From Chrysomallon squamiferum (Eukaryota > Animalia > Mollusca): DNA of 64,000 nt. Below, piece by piece: positions 12,056-26,156 of this stretch. The stretch lies in NCBI GenBank assembly GCA_012295275.1, contig CM022665.1:42842001-42906000 (forward strand). Reading direction: 5' to 3'. A program made the translations under genes and the position numbers. The stretch's first letter is position 1. Each line of letters starts with the position of its first letter. The notes beneath the pieces were generated by a model. It was given only the letters and a program-made list of their open reading frames with translations, did not search any database and was not told the DNA's origin.

Positions 12056-15000
12056 ATCATGAAATAAAATAATAATAATAAATAAATAAATCATGAAATA
12101 AAGTAACTGTATGAACAATGGCACTACAATACAAGCACTGATGATAAATACTAAATTATATGGAATGTTATATAAATAAATTTTTGATGATTATCTCTGA
12201 GTATTATGATGAAATCCACTTGATGGATTCTCTGATACAAAAAAAAATATTATTAATCATGATAAAACCATTTTACAGTGGATTATCTGTCAAATATTAA
12301 ATTAATTAACCGGTAGAATTGTTAATTCTACACACAAAAAGCCAATCAAATGAAAGAATAATGTAATAGATTATCACAACATATGTCATATTTACAGTAT
12401 CTCACGACACCTTTATCTTAGAACATGACAGTACCTTCCATAAAACTTTGTTTGAGGCAGGAGGTTTGATACATTCCAAAACAACTTTATTAGCATCTTC
12501 ACAATTTCTTGCTTAATTTAAAGTATTAAAAATGAAGCCATGTCCACAGCAGCTTTATCTTTTGCAGGATTTCTTTTGTCAGTGCCTTTTATTACATCAT
12601 TATTTCAAGTTTCTGAAACCCACACAGTTGCCATTTTTTGACTGTCACAGAACTATGCCAAATCCCTTGACTTTTCTAAGACATTCTGTGAACCTTTCTA
12701 GATCATTATCTATACTTAGTGCTAGTCAGAATTATAGAATAAGTCTGTATTGGAAACTAATACAATCATAAAGCTGTTTGTTTCTGTTTCATGCAGCAAG
12801 ATTGTAAAACTTGATTCTGTTCTGTTCTGTTGCTGATTATTATTATTACTACTTGATATTAATTGATTTTGTTACAGAAAAACAAAAAAAGAACTTACTT
12901 TTTTTTAATTCAAGACTGCATAACCATACTTTTATTTATTTATTTTAAATAAAATCAAAATAATGTTACTGGTTTGTTGTTTTGATTGTGAATGAATTCT
13001 GCATAAATGGAAATGGTATGAATATGAAATTTATTCCTCTATATATATGTATGTATATATATATATTGTTGTATGAATACATTTGGTAGTAGTTTAGTAA
13101 TTTGGCATAATGTGTCAGTATATAAGTACATTTTTAATATAGAAAAGGAGCAACAATATTTGATATGTTAAATACACATATAAAATACTTAAATCCAAAG
13201 CTCTAGTCATTCTACTGAAATGGACAAAAATGATCATTTTATGTTGTTTTTTGTTGTTGTTGTTTTTTTCTTCCAAAAATAATGTATCAGTTTTTTTTTT
13301 AATAAACTGAAATCTCTAAAAGATTAAAATAAATGATGAAATTAATGATTTCTCTTTTTCCATGATGATGTTTTCAAAACTGAAATCTCAAATTAAATTT
13401 TAAATAAATAATAAAAAAAATATAATTACTGAAGAATGAAATTAATGAATTGTGTTTTTAAAGGTAATATTTTCAAAACTGAAATCTCTAGTCACTCAAT
13501 GTAAATAACTAAATTAGGAGAATAATTTTAAAAATTAATACTTGGAAAAATAAAATAAATAAATATGCCATTAAGAGCTGAACAAAGTGTAATATTGAGA
13601 CATATTTTTGTTTACATTTTAAAAGGTGACCATTATAAACCTCAAAGGTATTTGGGACACTAAAAAAACTCAAAATTTGAACTATCAAATACAATTATTG
13701 GAATGTTTTTAACTATAATTATTATGGTTCAGTCATCCTTAACATAGCTTTAAAAAATGTTCCCCGAGTTTGAACACCTAAAAAATCTACAGGAACTTTT
13801 TTTTTATAGATATGTCAACCTTAGCAAAGTCTGAAAATTTTACATAGTATGTTTGAACACCCTAATGAAACTACAGGAACCTTTTTACTATAAAATGCTT
13901 CCATCACTTTTGGCAAATTAGTTCACAGATTACATTTTGACAATTTGATAAAACTGCAGGAACTTTCTATTTAATGTTGAATGATCCTCTCACCCTTGGC
14001 AACCATGTAGTTAGACTGGAGGACAGTGCCCAACTCAGTATGTGACCATTTCCTTCAGAAAAATTTGTAAATAATTTTAATTAAAATGAAGAAAAGACAA
14101 GAAGATTAATGAAGAAAAGAAATCTTGAAAACATTTGGCACAAGAGACCAATTCTCTAATAAATAAAAACATCAACTGAACCAAAATGAGCCTTTAATTA
14201 ATCAGTCAGTCAACGATAAATGATAACTTAGCACTGAAATATTTCATGTTTTTGATGAGAGACAAAAGATAAATATACCAGAAGCTCAAAACTGAAATTC
14301 ATACTGGTTTGGTGTGTAGTGAAACAATTTGGAGCTAACTGGAAATAAAAAATAATAAATTTATGATGGAAACTATTATTATCAATGATAGTTTAATGTG
14401 CTTTGATAGTTTAATGTGCTTTGATAGCTTAATGTACTTGAGTTTTCTTTTTAATTTGAGCTTATTTTTATTTGTTTTTATTACAAATCTAGCAATATAC
14501 ATTTTTTATATTTATATAACTTTTTTGTTTAACCTTTCATTCCTTTCTTAGAATTATGAAACTAACTCAGCTGTACTAAGTTTCTGCCTCTCAAATAATC
14601 TGTAGAATACAATGACATCGGAAAACGAAATAAGAAAATAAAAAATGGTTCCTGGTCAGTTCAAGAGAGAAATATGTACTGAAAACTTATTTCGAAAAAT
14701 AAATTAAGAAGCAGAAGAATCAAGAATACACTTAAAAAATAAAAAAAAAAAACACATTCTGGAATATACATTTAAAAAAAAAAAGAATATTGATTCAAAG
14801 ATACACATTTTGTATTAAAAAAAGAAATTGTTCAGAAAACAAGACATAAACATGTTTGTATAAAAAATAACAAGAACATTTTTTTATTTTATTTTTATAT
14901 AAAAACCCCAATGCTATAAGATCATTACCCATTCATTGCACATGTCACAACCTTGGAAAACAAAAAACAAAACAAAAAAAATCAGAATTTCTTCATCACA

Positions 15001-15793
15001 AAACGAAGTCACAGCTTTGTGCTCAGAATATCAACTTGATAAAACATTTCATAAAATCAGATCAAATCCTTACATTACCAACTGTAATATCATTTCTGTA
15101 TGCTGATACACCTTTTACTGATAACAGTCTTTAAGGTACAGTATATTTCATTTTTTATTTATAAAAAAAAAAAAAAAAATAATAAAATAAATGGAGGTTT
15201 TATGTTTCAGATTTTATTTAATTTAAAAAATATAAAATGTCCATCTGCAAAAAAAATAAGGCAAATGTTTAAATTGTTTTCTAATTTTTTTTATCTAAGT
15301 AAAAAAATAACTAAATGAAAACTATATTGTATATATATTTTTCTTTAAAAATTATGTTTTCCTATTTATGTGACTTTTATTTTAAACTTTCATAATTATA
15401 TTTGTCAGTATATAAATGAATAACATTATCTTTACAATGATATGATGTTAACTGTACCTGTATATAAAACATCTGATGCACGTATCCACATATACAATAT
15501 AATATTTTAAAACCTCTATGCATATATGTTGATTACTGTACATTCATGGAAGCTTTTCTTAAAACGGATGATAACCATTACATGTAATAATATAACGTGT
15601 GTGTGTTTTACATGTAAACACAGAACTGAAGAAACACACCTCCACAGAAATTCCTCAACTCTTTTTCAAAACACCAGTTGAGAAGTTAATCCGAGACTGG
15701 AATATCAAGATTTAACAATGTGATGACGTAGCATCATCGAAACTGGTATCGAACAACAGAGTGATCACACGACTCGCAGGATTAGTTTAACAA

Positions 15794-15982
15794 TCACATG
15801 TAGTTTGTGTCCAGCCACTGCTTGGGAACCCACTGCGGCTCCATTTCTATTCTGTTTATCTCCCTCAGTAACTCGTCGTACGACCTGTCTATGTCACTGT
15901 TGACGAGGATGTAGTCGAATAAATGTCCACACACATCTTCCACCTCTCTTGCCTTCTCTATGATCTCTCTCAGCTCTTCATC
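15794..15982 (-). CDS. PALS1: PALS1/MPP5/Stardust last exon (GUK C-terminus)
   Basis: ttccag|[62 protein letters not shown]; PQWVP is the p55-MAGUK terminal motif. Confidence 0.95.
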   Translation of the reverse strand, partial: DEELREIIEKAREVEDVCGHLFDYILVNSDIDRSYDELLREINRIEMEPQWVPKQWLDTNYM

Positions 15983-16782
15983 CTGGAAGTAAAGTAAGTA
16001 AATTAATAAATAGCAAGTGATTAAGTAAAATACATGTGAACATAATAGTAACAATAATAAATAAATACATAAATAAGCAAAATATATGTAAGTATTATTA
16101 AAATAAATAAATAACAGATAATCAAAAATATATAATCTCAATAATTTTTTCAATAAAAAAATATATAAATAAATAAATAAATAAATAAATAAGCAGCAAA
16201 TAATTAAATAAATAAATAAATAAATAAATATGTAAATAATTTTCAATAAAAATACAAAATAAAAAATAAATAAATGAATAGTTAAGAATCTGTAACAGGT
16301 GTTTTCTCTCATACCATCATTACAAAATCATTATACATTTAATAAACTTATTTATACACACATCAAACCATCTTTATTCATTAAGTCATTCATATATTCA
16401 TTTGATAATTTTTCTTATTCTTCTAATCATTCATTCGTCAATCATCTGATCATTCAATTATTCATTTGGTTTTTCATTTATTCATTTGTACATTTATTTA
16501 TTAATTTGTTTGATCATTTATCTGATAATTCATTCATATCATTCATCTGATCACTTATTCATTCATTATGTCATTCATTTAATCATTAATTCATTTGGTC
16601 ATTCATTCAATAATCTGGTCATTAATTTATTCATTCAATCATTAATTTATTTATTTATTCGATCACTAATTATTTCATTCATTTGATCATTAATTTATTC
16701 ATTCATTAATTCATCCATTTGTAACATCACTACCAACAAAGCAAATTTAAAAAAAAAAAGCAAGATACAAACAAGTACTCAC

Positions 16783-16896
16783 CGATATACCAGTTTTGCC
16801 CAGTTTCTGATGAATTGCTCGTAATTTTTCCAGGTTTGGAGGACAAATAAATATCACGTAAGGTTTCAAGTCTGAACTCCTCAGCATCTTTAAGGA
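16783..16896 (-). CDS. PALS1: PALS1 GUK exon
   Basis: [38 protein letters not shown]; ccag| and |GTGAGT; 114 nt, phase 0/0. Confidence 0.92.
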
Positions 16897-17491
16897 CTGG
16901 AAATAAAATAATACAGTTATTATAAAACAAAATATAAAATTTTAAAAATAATGTAATATGAAGGTCATAACAATAACAATGAAAAGAAGAGTAACTGTAA
17001 TAATAACAGTAATAAAATGATATCAGTACATTCAAAACACAATGTTGAGTTTCAGTTACTTTCAATATTAGTTGTGTTTTTTAATTTATAATTATTCTTA
17101 AAAAAGGTAATTACCAGTATCGTGGAAAATCATTCAATATAGAACTGAATTCAGATTTTTATTATATTAATTTTTTTTTAAATTTATTTATAGATGGTCA
17201 ATATCAAGCAATAACAACTTCTGCTTTTCTCTATAAAACATACTGACCTTGTGATGTTAACAAGCACCACTGAGTCTTTTGGTGAGCATGTATTTTTTAC
17301 AAATAACTGATAAGAAATTCAGTGTATTGTGATGACTGAAGCCATCTGTAGGTAAGAGATTATGATGGTGGTTGCTATAATGATGTATTATGATCATCAC
17401 TGTACACACAGGAGAAGTCACAGTTATGATTCTGACAGTGAGCACTATTGATACTCAATGCTGTGACTAACTGAATGAATAAAAAGCTCAC

Positions 17492-17694
17492 CTCTGGGTT
17501 AAGGTTAAGTACACAGATCTGTCCTTTGTTTACGACTTGTCTGATGGCGTTCACACTCGTCCCGTACAAGTTCTTCTCAAACTCCCCGTACTCCACAAAC
17601 TTGTTAGCAGCAATGTCATCCTCAAACGCAGGTCTCGAAATGAAATGGTAGTCTTTACCATCGATTTCATCATCTTTCTTAGTTCTACTCGTAT
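17492..17694 (-). CDS. PALS1: PALS1 GUK exon
   Basis: (H)[67 protein letters not shown]; canonical splice sites. Confidence 0.95.
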
Positions 17695-17744
17695 CTGTGG
17701 TAATCATAATAATTTTAATACAATAATAATAATTATAATAATAA

Positions 17745-17788
<44 letters not shown>

Positions 17789-19234
17789 ATAGTAATAATA
17801 ATAATGATAAGTTATTATAAATGGTTATGATGATGATGATACTTCCATAACAATATTTATTAGATTTTAGTAACTAAAATTATTGAAGAAATTGAAATTT
17901 ATTATTTTCTTAATTTTTTTTTTTTAAATGAATTAAATAAGGACATCAACTTAAAAAGTACATATAAAAGACCTCTGGTGTCAGCCAGTAAAAGCAATCC
18001 TATGTGAAATAACAAATTAGTTTTTTCTTTGTGATCATTATACTAAGAAAACTAAATTTGTCCCTGTTAACTATTAATAATACAGTAAGTTGAGATATGA
18101 GTGGTGTATCAAATATTTGTGTATTCAGTACTCAACATGTGAAGTTGTTTAACAAATATTCTTTCTTAGTATACACTGGAAAAACATCTCAACTGATATC
18201 TTTTAAACATTAGTACTATGATATGCTAAGGTACTTATTTGTTCATTATACAAATTTCTCAAACAAATCCATTTAATTAAAACACTATGAGAAATTGTTA
18301 AACAAATTTTCTTTCTTGTCATTATACACTGGAAATAACCCTTAACTAGTATCTTTTAAACATTAATATATGATATATGCCAAAGTGTTGATATATCAAA
18401 TATTTGTTCATTATACAAAATGAATTCTCAAAACAAATCCACATATTCTATGAGAGGTCATTTAACAAATTATGGCCTAAGGCATAACACATTTTATTTA
18501 GTGTAATGATAATTTATCTTTGACAGGTAAATTTCCTCACCTAGATAATCATTACAAGATTTACATCTAATAACCATTAATGTCAGGTATTATTAAATAT
18601 TCATTCATTAGTTTAAAAAACTAAATATTTATATATATATGTGTGAAATGTTAGATAAGTAATTAAAAAAGAAAATTAAAAGTGGAAGAAAAATACCACA
18701 AAAAAATAGAAAAACAATAAACAACAATAATAAAACTATAAATAAATAACGATGATAATGATGATGATGATAATGATAATAATAATAATATCATGGAGAA
18801 AACTCGTATAAAATTTAATAAAAATAATAATTAAATAATTCATAAATAAATGAATAAAATACTAACTTAAATAAATATTAAAAAAATTAATGAAAAATTT
18901 AAAACGTAAATTAAACAAGTTTTAAATAATAAATTATTAATGATAAAAAAAAAAAATATATACAACATTAAATACTGAGATTATAATTCAATACTGAATT
19001 AATATTAAAATGTAGAATGTTAATAAAAATAGAAGAAAATGATTAAAAAAATATACATATTAGAGAAATGGTTTAACAATAATGAAAAAATAATAATACT
19101 AAAGCAACAAAAGCAACATACCAAAAAATTACAAATAAACAAACATATAATTTTTTGTCCTGCAAATAACAATGGTAACTAATGTTAATAAAAATTAATA
19201 ATGAAAATAAAATCCAAATTAAAAGATATATTAC

Positions 19235-19396
19235 GTGGAACAGCTGCAGCAAATCTGTCAAAATCTGACTCCATTAATCTTTGCCTAAGTTCCTGTCTGC
19301 CAACATTAGATGGACCAATCAGAACAATCGGTCTTTTGCGGTTTGGCTGTGGGAAATATCTTCCTACCTCTTCATAAGTTAGGATCTCTTCATTTT
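19235..19396 (-). CDS. PALS1: PALS1 GUK N-terminal exon
   Basis: (E)[53 protein letters not shown](H); 162 nt, phase 1/1. Confidence 0.95.
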
Positions 19397-20044
19397 CTGT
19401 AATTAATTTTTTTAAATAAATAAAAACAAATACTGCATAAGAAATATATATATATGCATATTTATATGTTACAAGGATGAAAAAGAAAAACAAGATAAAT
19501 GAAATAGTATTTCTGAAATAAATAAAATGATATTTCTAAAATAAATAAAGTGATATTTCTAAAATAAATATCAATATTTCAATGAAATAAAAAAGTTTTT
19601 AAAAAAAAATTAATAAATTAATATACATAGATTTTATTTTTTATATTTTTTCCATTTCTATCTTGGTGTTAGTGTTGAGTTTTTTTTTTTTTTCATCTCC
19701 ACCCTCAGTTGTGAATAATTTAAATATATTAGATTGTGTTTTCAAATTATTTAATTTTACTGGTAATTTAATCTTGAAGTAAGTAATTAATTATCTCAGG
19801 TAACTTGATTCAGATTAACAACATCACACCTGAGTGGGTGTTAACCAGATAAACTTACCTGATCTTGTATTAATAATTATAATTCATTTTATTAAATATT
19901 TATTTACATTCAAGACAAATAGAGAGAAAATTTTTATTATTTACTTTTACATATTGCACATAAATATAAATGAAATGTAATTAATTTAAAACGTAATTTA
20001 CTCAGGTTTTTTTTAGGTTTTTTATACAAATTCAAATACAGATT

Positions 20045-20264
20045 TAATTTTAAATACCTTAAATAATTTAATTATAACCTACTCTTAAAAGAAAAGGCCC
20101 AAACTGGGTATAATGTAATTTTAATTGTCTTAAATAATTTAATTATCATTCTTCTCTCAAAAGAAAGGGCACAAACTGGGTATAATGTAATTTTAATTAT
20201 CTTACATCATTTTAATTATCATTATCTTCTTAAAAGAAGGGGCCCAGACTGGGTATGATTTAAT
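20045..20264. repeat. ~72-bp tandem repeat, 3 copies, abutting the HOOK-exon donor
   Basis: a(a/g)actgggtat recurs at 20101, 20173 and 20246 with conserved flanks. Confidence 0.85.
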
Positions 20265-20273
20265 GAATTCTAC

Positions 20274-20410
20274 CTTCACCTGTTCCTGCATACAGCGAAG
20301 ATTTCTTCTTCTTCTTCTTCTTCTTGTTGCTCTTCCCACACACACACGATCTTCCCTTCCTTTTGTTCTCTTTGCCATCAGCTGGCAGTGACTGCTTCAG
20401 CGCTTCACGT
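20274..20410 (-). CDS. PALS1: PALS1 HOOK exon (polybasic)
   Basis: (Q)REALKQSLPADGKENKRKGRSCVCGKSNKKKKKKKSSLYAGTGE(E); acceptor gaag|, donor G|GTAGA; phases 2/1 fit both neighbours. Confidence 0.88.
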
Positions 20411-21145
20411 CTTCAATTATAACAATAACAACAATTATAATGATGATGATGATGATATGATAAAAATGATAATGATAACAAGATGATAGGAAATAATGAT
20501 GACGACAATGATGGTCGTGATAATAGGAAAAAAAAATCTATGTAATAACAATTGAAATAATAAATAATAATAATAGTAGCAGTAGCAATAGTTGTAATTA
20601 TAATAATAGCAATATTATAGTAATTGCGATAGTAGTAGTAGTAATAGTAATAATAATAATAATAATAAAAGCAATAGTAATAGTAATAACAGTGATAATA
20701 ATAGTATGAATAACAGAAATAATAATAAATAAATAATAATAACAATCTTTTAATAAAAAAAATGAAATCAATAATCATTATGATGATGATGGTAATAGAA
20801 ATGATAATGATTTTTAAGCTTCTCTGTCAATAAATATGTAGTTAATGAAGTAAATAAAATAACATATTTATTTCTCTTTTTGTACAGACATACCAAAAAC
20901 AACAAACAAATTTTTAAAAGAAAAGAAAAAATTGTTTTGGCACATACCTATTGTAATTTGTCTTCATTTATTTATCAAACATTTATCTTTTTACAAATTT
21001 ATTTTTCACTTTTTTTTATTGCTTTTTTTCAAAAATCTATTTCATCCATGTAAATATTTAATCTGTTGCTTGTTAATTTATACAGAATTTCTGGTATGTA
21101 AATTTTATCAATTTTATTTTCTACGTATTTCTTTCTTATACTTAC

Positions 21146-21345
21146 TGCTCCTGGAAGGACTTGCTGGGTATAAGTCCTGCCAAGGACTGGTCCTCCTCCC
21201 CCTCCCTGTACGCCTGCCACCACTGGGCGTCGTCCTGGTTGATGACATGCAGGATGTCTCCTTTAAGGAATGAAATTCCTAGTTCTCGACAAGGAATATA
21301 CAGATCATCCTCAGGATCGTAGTGGAATAAAGCTTTCATGTGGGT
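21146..21345 (-). CDS. PALS1: PALS1 SH3 exon
   Basis: [66 protein letters not shown](Q); canonical sites. Confidence 0.96.
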
Positions 21346-22308
21346 CTGAAACAGCAACATACAAAATCTCGTAAAAATTCTGATCAAATATTTTTTAAAT
21401 AATTTTAAAATAATAATTTATGTAAGATAAAATATAAAATTACATGCACTTATAATTCAATTTAAAAATAATAAAATTTAAATGTAGTATTAAATGCTAT
21501 ATTACGTCAAACATTGTATAAAAAATGTTACAGAAAAAAGCTAATCAAATATAGTGGGTTTTTTTTTTTAATATAATTTTTTAATTATCTTGAAATAAAA
21601 TCTTATGTATGTTAAAATACTGAATTACATACATTTAAAGCTCAGTTTAAAAAATAAATAAATGTAGTATTAACTATTGTATTACATTAACAATTATAAA
21701 AAAGTTAAGTTTTTTAAGAAATATTTTAGTGTTTTTAATTAAGTATGACTTAAAAAACCATAAATAAATAAATATTTTTCAATATACAATAATAAATCAA
21801 TCTTTATTATGTAAACTGATATAAAATAGCTGTTGCCATAAATATTTTTGATTGACTGCAGAAAAATACTGGAGTTATCTCCCCTATGGATGGATTATAA
21901 CAGGTAGGTTTTTTTTTATTATTATTATTTTTTTTTTTTACTAAAATTATATTTATTAGATACAAATAAACCACCGATTTTCCAGAATACTTCTTCCATA
22001 GCCATTTAAGATTATCACTTTTTCAAAACCAAAAGAGGTTACTTAATAATTTCTCTGAAGCATACGTGTTGTGGGGAATTTAAATTAAATTAACCTCAGT
22101 ATATATGGTATATGCAGGAACTGGGGTATCTATAAAGATATAAACCTGCAAGACTGTAAAAATAATGAATAAATAAATAAATTAAAAAGATTAAATAAAT
22201 AAATAAATTAAAATAATTAAATAAATATATAAATAAATACAAATTTTCTTTTTGCTATATCTTACTTTGACGGAATTTAAAAAAACCCACAACAAAATGT
22301 CAACTTAC

Positions 22309-22481
22309 AACTTCCGTTCTCGACGGTGTTGGCGTGGCGTTGCTGTAGGTATTGTTGGGGACGATCATGAAGGTGATGGTGCCCGTCATGTTGGCCAACA
22401 TTTCCGAGACGTCATTGACATTTTTGCCTCTGATGTCGATGCCGTTTACATCGAGAATCTCATCTCCCTCTTGTAAGAGAC
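22309..22481 (-). CDS. PALS1: PALS1 PDZ C-terminal exon
   Basis: (G)LLQEGDEILDVNGIDIRGKNVNDVSEMLANMTGTITFMIVPNNTYSNATPTPSRTEV; gcag| and |GTAAGT. Confidence 0.95.
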
Positions 22482-22776
22482 CTGCAAAGTAAATTACATT
22501 ACCATGTATCAAATGAGCTGTCCAGACCACACTGCATTCATTCAGTACACAACACACAGACAGGTACAGCAACATCAGTTATTTACAACAATCATTTTAC
22601 TGGGTTTTTAGAGAAAAGATAAAAGTTGTTTGAGATTTAACTTTTCTTTTTCACTTTTACTATTATTGTTACTATTATTGTTACCATTATTGTTGGCATG
22701 GTAATATTACTACTCCTATTACTACTACTACTACTACTATTACTACTATTGCTACTATTGCTACTGCTACAACTAC

Positions 22777-22807
<31 letters not shown>

Positions 22808-23299
22808 TATATTACCATTACTATTATTATTTTCATTATCATCATCATCATCATCATTATTATTACTGACACTGCTATAAAACCTTCTAGTAACATTTTG
22901 ATGATACCAGTTCATGATGATACCTAACATAACACTGCTAATCTGCATAATAATTACATTCTGAAGAATCAATCAGTTGTCTGGGCTTTACAATATTCAT
23001 TTGACAAAGAATACAGAAGTACATGTATATGTAATTATTAAACTGAATTTTTTTTTTTTTTCCTCTTCTTTTTTCTTTTACTGTTTTCTTAACAATCATA
23101 ACGTACAGACACATTTTAACAAAACAGCAATAAAGTTTATTGATCCTAATTAAGTTTTTATCAAGTTCCACTCTATTTTTTTATTCTGAATAATCCAAGC
23201 AGAGAGTTAAAAGGAACAAAAAAAAAAATCACAATAACTTACATATTCCATCTATCTAAATTATAGTTACATATGTATGAGTTTTCTTTGTCTATTACA

Positions 23300-23518
23300 T
23301 ACTGGGTTGAGGAATAAGTCAATGCAGTAAAATTAAATTTAATCATTACACAGAAGAAAACTTAAGCTTAACTGATAACAAAATGTAATTTAATCAATAA
23401 CACATTCTCCATTGTTATTTACCACTTCTTCCCAATGGTCAACAAGTTTTTCAATGCCTCTGCAACAAAAATCTCTAGGTTTATGAACCATAGTGACTTA
23501 TTCTTTCTCAGCCCAGTG
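23300..23518 (-). mobile_element. Internally deleted mariner (Tc1/mariner) element, MITE-like
   Basis: Imperfect TIRs ACTGGG(T/C)TGAG(aaa)GAATAAGTCA at both ends, TA at the left end; minus strand ~23482-23390 encodes KPRDFCCRGIEKLVDHWEEVVNNNGECVID*, a mariner transposase C-terminus. Confidence 0.85.
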
Positions 23519-23547
23519 TCTGACTGTTTTCTTGTAGACTAACTTAC

Positions 23548-23623
23548 CACTTTTCTCAGCAGCACCTCCTTTTACTATTCTGCCAATCACAACCCTGTCT
23601 CCATCGTTTTTAACAGTAGCACC
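23548..23623 (-). CDS. PALS1: PALS1 PDZ exon (not in the ORF track)
   Basis: GATVKNDGDRVVIGRIVKGGAAEKS(G), closely matching the PALS1 PDZ; 76 nt; ttcag| and G|GTAAGT. Confidence 0.93.
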
Positions 23624-26006
23624 CTGAAACAGAGAAACCATTATTAAAATACACAGTCTCATAACTTTTGACCAACTACGATGTTAATAATTTTTGGTCA
23701 GTTTCTAAAATTAAACTTTAAAACATTTCCTGATTGGCCATTGTGCAGTGAAGAGATTCAGTTTTGGTTATGTTCTGAAGTTAAAGATGTTGAAGCGTTT
23801 ACTGATTTACTTTGCAAGGAGAGATTAGTGATTATTTTTCTTAATAAAATTTATATTAATAAGGACAATTCTGAAGGAAGAGAATCCTTTCTATATGCAT
23901 TAGGGTTAATTGTGTTCTACAGTGCTGGTCTGAGGAAAATCTGTTCAAGCCAGAACATGGTGATTATTTCAAGATGATGTGATTAGAACTTTGAAACCAT
24001 TTTATATTTAGAACTGATTTTGACTATAAACCTCAAGCATTTGCCATATTATCAACAACTGCTGAACATTCAAATGAAAAGATTTCAACTGGTTTGAAGA
24101 ATGATGACATAGTTCTTTGGTTTTGAGAACCATTTTCCTTTTCCAACAAGTACTCCTTGTAAAATGCCACTGGAATATGCTTCCTTTATTATAATGAACA
24201 TGTTTTTGAAACATTTCTTCATATTAACTACAACACAGTGGAATTCATATACATCATAACAGTACCACAAAACTTATGTTTGACATCTAAGTTAATATTA
24301 AAATGTGTTAAGATGCTCACTCATTATTAACAACAAAAAACTGGCTGAGATGATATTAAACATTAATTTATAGTTAACTACAACAAAACCTCCAACTTAC
24401 TGCATCAAATATTTCAACCAGTCTGAATAATAATTCTAAACCAATATCTACATTTTTAGAAGTTTTTCATCTACATTACAACAAATTAGGAAATTGATAT
24501 TAATTAAATTAATTGGCCACAAGATAACCAGAGGACATTACAGATTAATCTTCTGACTTACATTCAGCCTCATTTACATTAATGAGATAAGCAGAAATCT
24601 GTAATCCAGTCCTACACATTAACTGCTGAGCTAAAACATCATTAAGTGACCAGTAACAGCTTCAATACTGTTACATACTGATGGGAATTTCAGTACTACC
24701 CATTTTACATCTGTGATCTGCTTTAACTCTCTTCCACACACACAAGTGCATGCACATGCATGCACATGCAAACATTCATATTCTCACACACACATACATA
24801 TGCATAAACAAAGGTTCATGTACAATATATTTTAAATATTAATGATTATTAACTGACAATGGCATCATGAGAATAAACACTTTAAATACATCATGGTTTC
24901 TTTTTTTTTAATATAATAAAGAGCGAGGGATTTTTTAAAGTAACATTAACATCCATTATCCTGTGATAAACCAATTACGATGAACAGAACAGAACCAGAC
25001 ACAAACAAGGACTGATTCTACAACCTGTATTCTTCAACCACTTTCTCTGCATCCCAATAGGCTACCATTATAAAAATAGAAATGTTCAAGACAATGGCAC
25101 TTTAATTTTTATTTTATTATTATTATTTTTTTTCATCATTAACAGAATAATCACAATCCACCACTTTGTGTGCCAAATTACTGGGAACATCGCAAGAAGT
25201 CTGAAAGGTTATCAAAGCCTAACAAACAACAATGGGCTGGAATTTGGATAAGAAGAGCAAATCTTGGAGAGCTCTCTTGGTTTATTACCCATTTGGCAGA
25301 CAGCTGGGAGCCATCTTGAAAAGAATAAAATAAAACCACAACAGTACACAGCATTCAGTATCTTATCAGACATTCCTGGGTTCTACATATGTGTAATGTT
25401 TGGGTTTATGATAAATGTATAAAGTTTCATTCCTGGAAAATAGTTATTTGTGTGAAAATGATTAAAAAAAAAAAAAAAAAAAAAAAAATAAATGTAAAAA
25501 GAATATATTTATATAGAGGGAGAGAAAGAAAAAGAGTAAAATTAGTTATTTTCAAAAACAAATATTAAAAGAAAACAAATCCAGATATTCCATGCAAAAG
25601 TAATTCTCAACTCTAATAATAATGATAATTTACCAATATGATAGATATAAAGATGTATATAGAAAGTAATAAATTATCTGTGTTAATAGAAAGCTAATTT
25701 TTTTTTTTTTTTTTTTTTAAATGAAGCCAAAACTGAATCTGAAATATTTAATGAATAGAAGAAACAAATAATTTGAGATATTTGGGGGTTTTTTCTTGCT
25801 TTTTTAAACCCAAGGTTTTCAGTGATATCCTTGTAAGGATTTGTCTGCAAAATTTAAAAATCTATATGTGTATGTATTTGTATGTATTTAAATATGTCTG
25901 TATGTAGGAATGTATGTATGTATGTACACAGACACATACATATATGCAAGTACACACATACACAAAACAGAATATGAACAGATAACTGTTTTAAATGTTT
26001 AATTAC

Positions 26007-26156
26007 CAGTGGTTCATTGGTTTTTTCAAGGTGAATAATTTTGACTGTGTCTTCTCCGTACGGCATAAGTGAATACTCGAGACCATCGTCAAGCTGCACG
26101 TCAGCGACAGACTGGTGCTGCTGTTCTGCAACAGCATCGTGAGCCTGCAGCAAGTT
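26007..26156 (-). CDS. PALS1: PALS1 L27C end / PDZ start exon
   Basis: NLLQAHDAVAEQQHQSVADVQLDDGLEYSLMPYGEDTVKIIHLEKTNEPL; 150 nt, phase 0/0. Confidence 0.93.
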
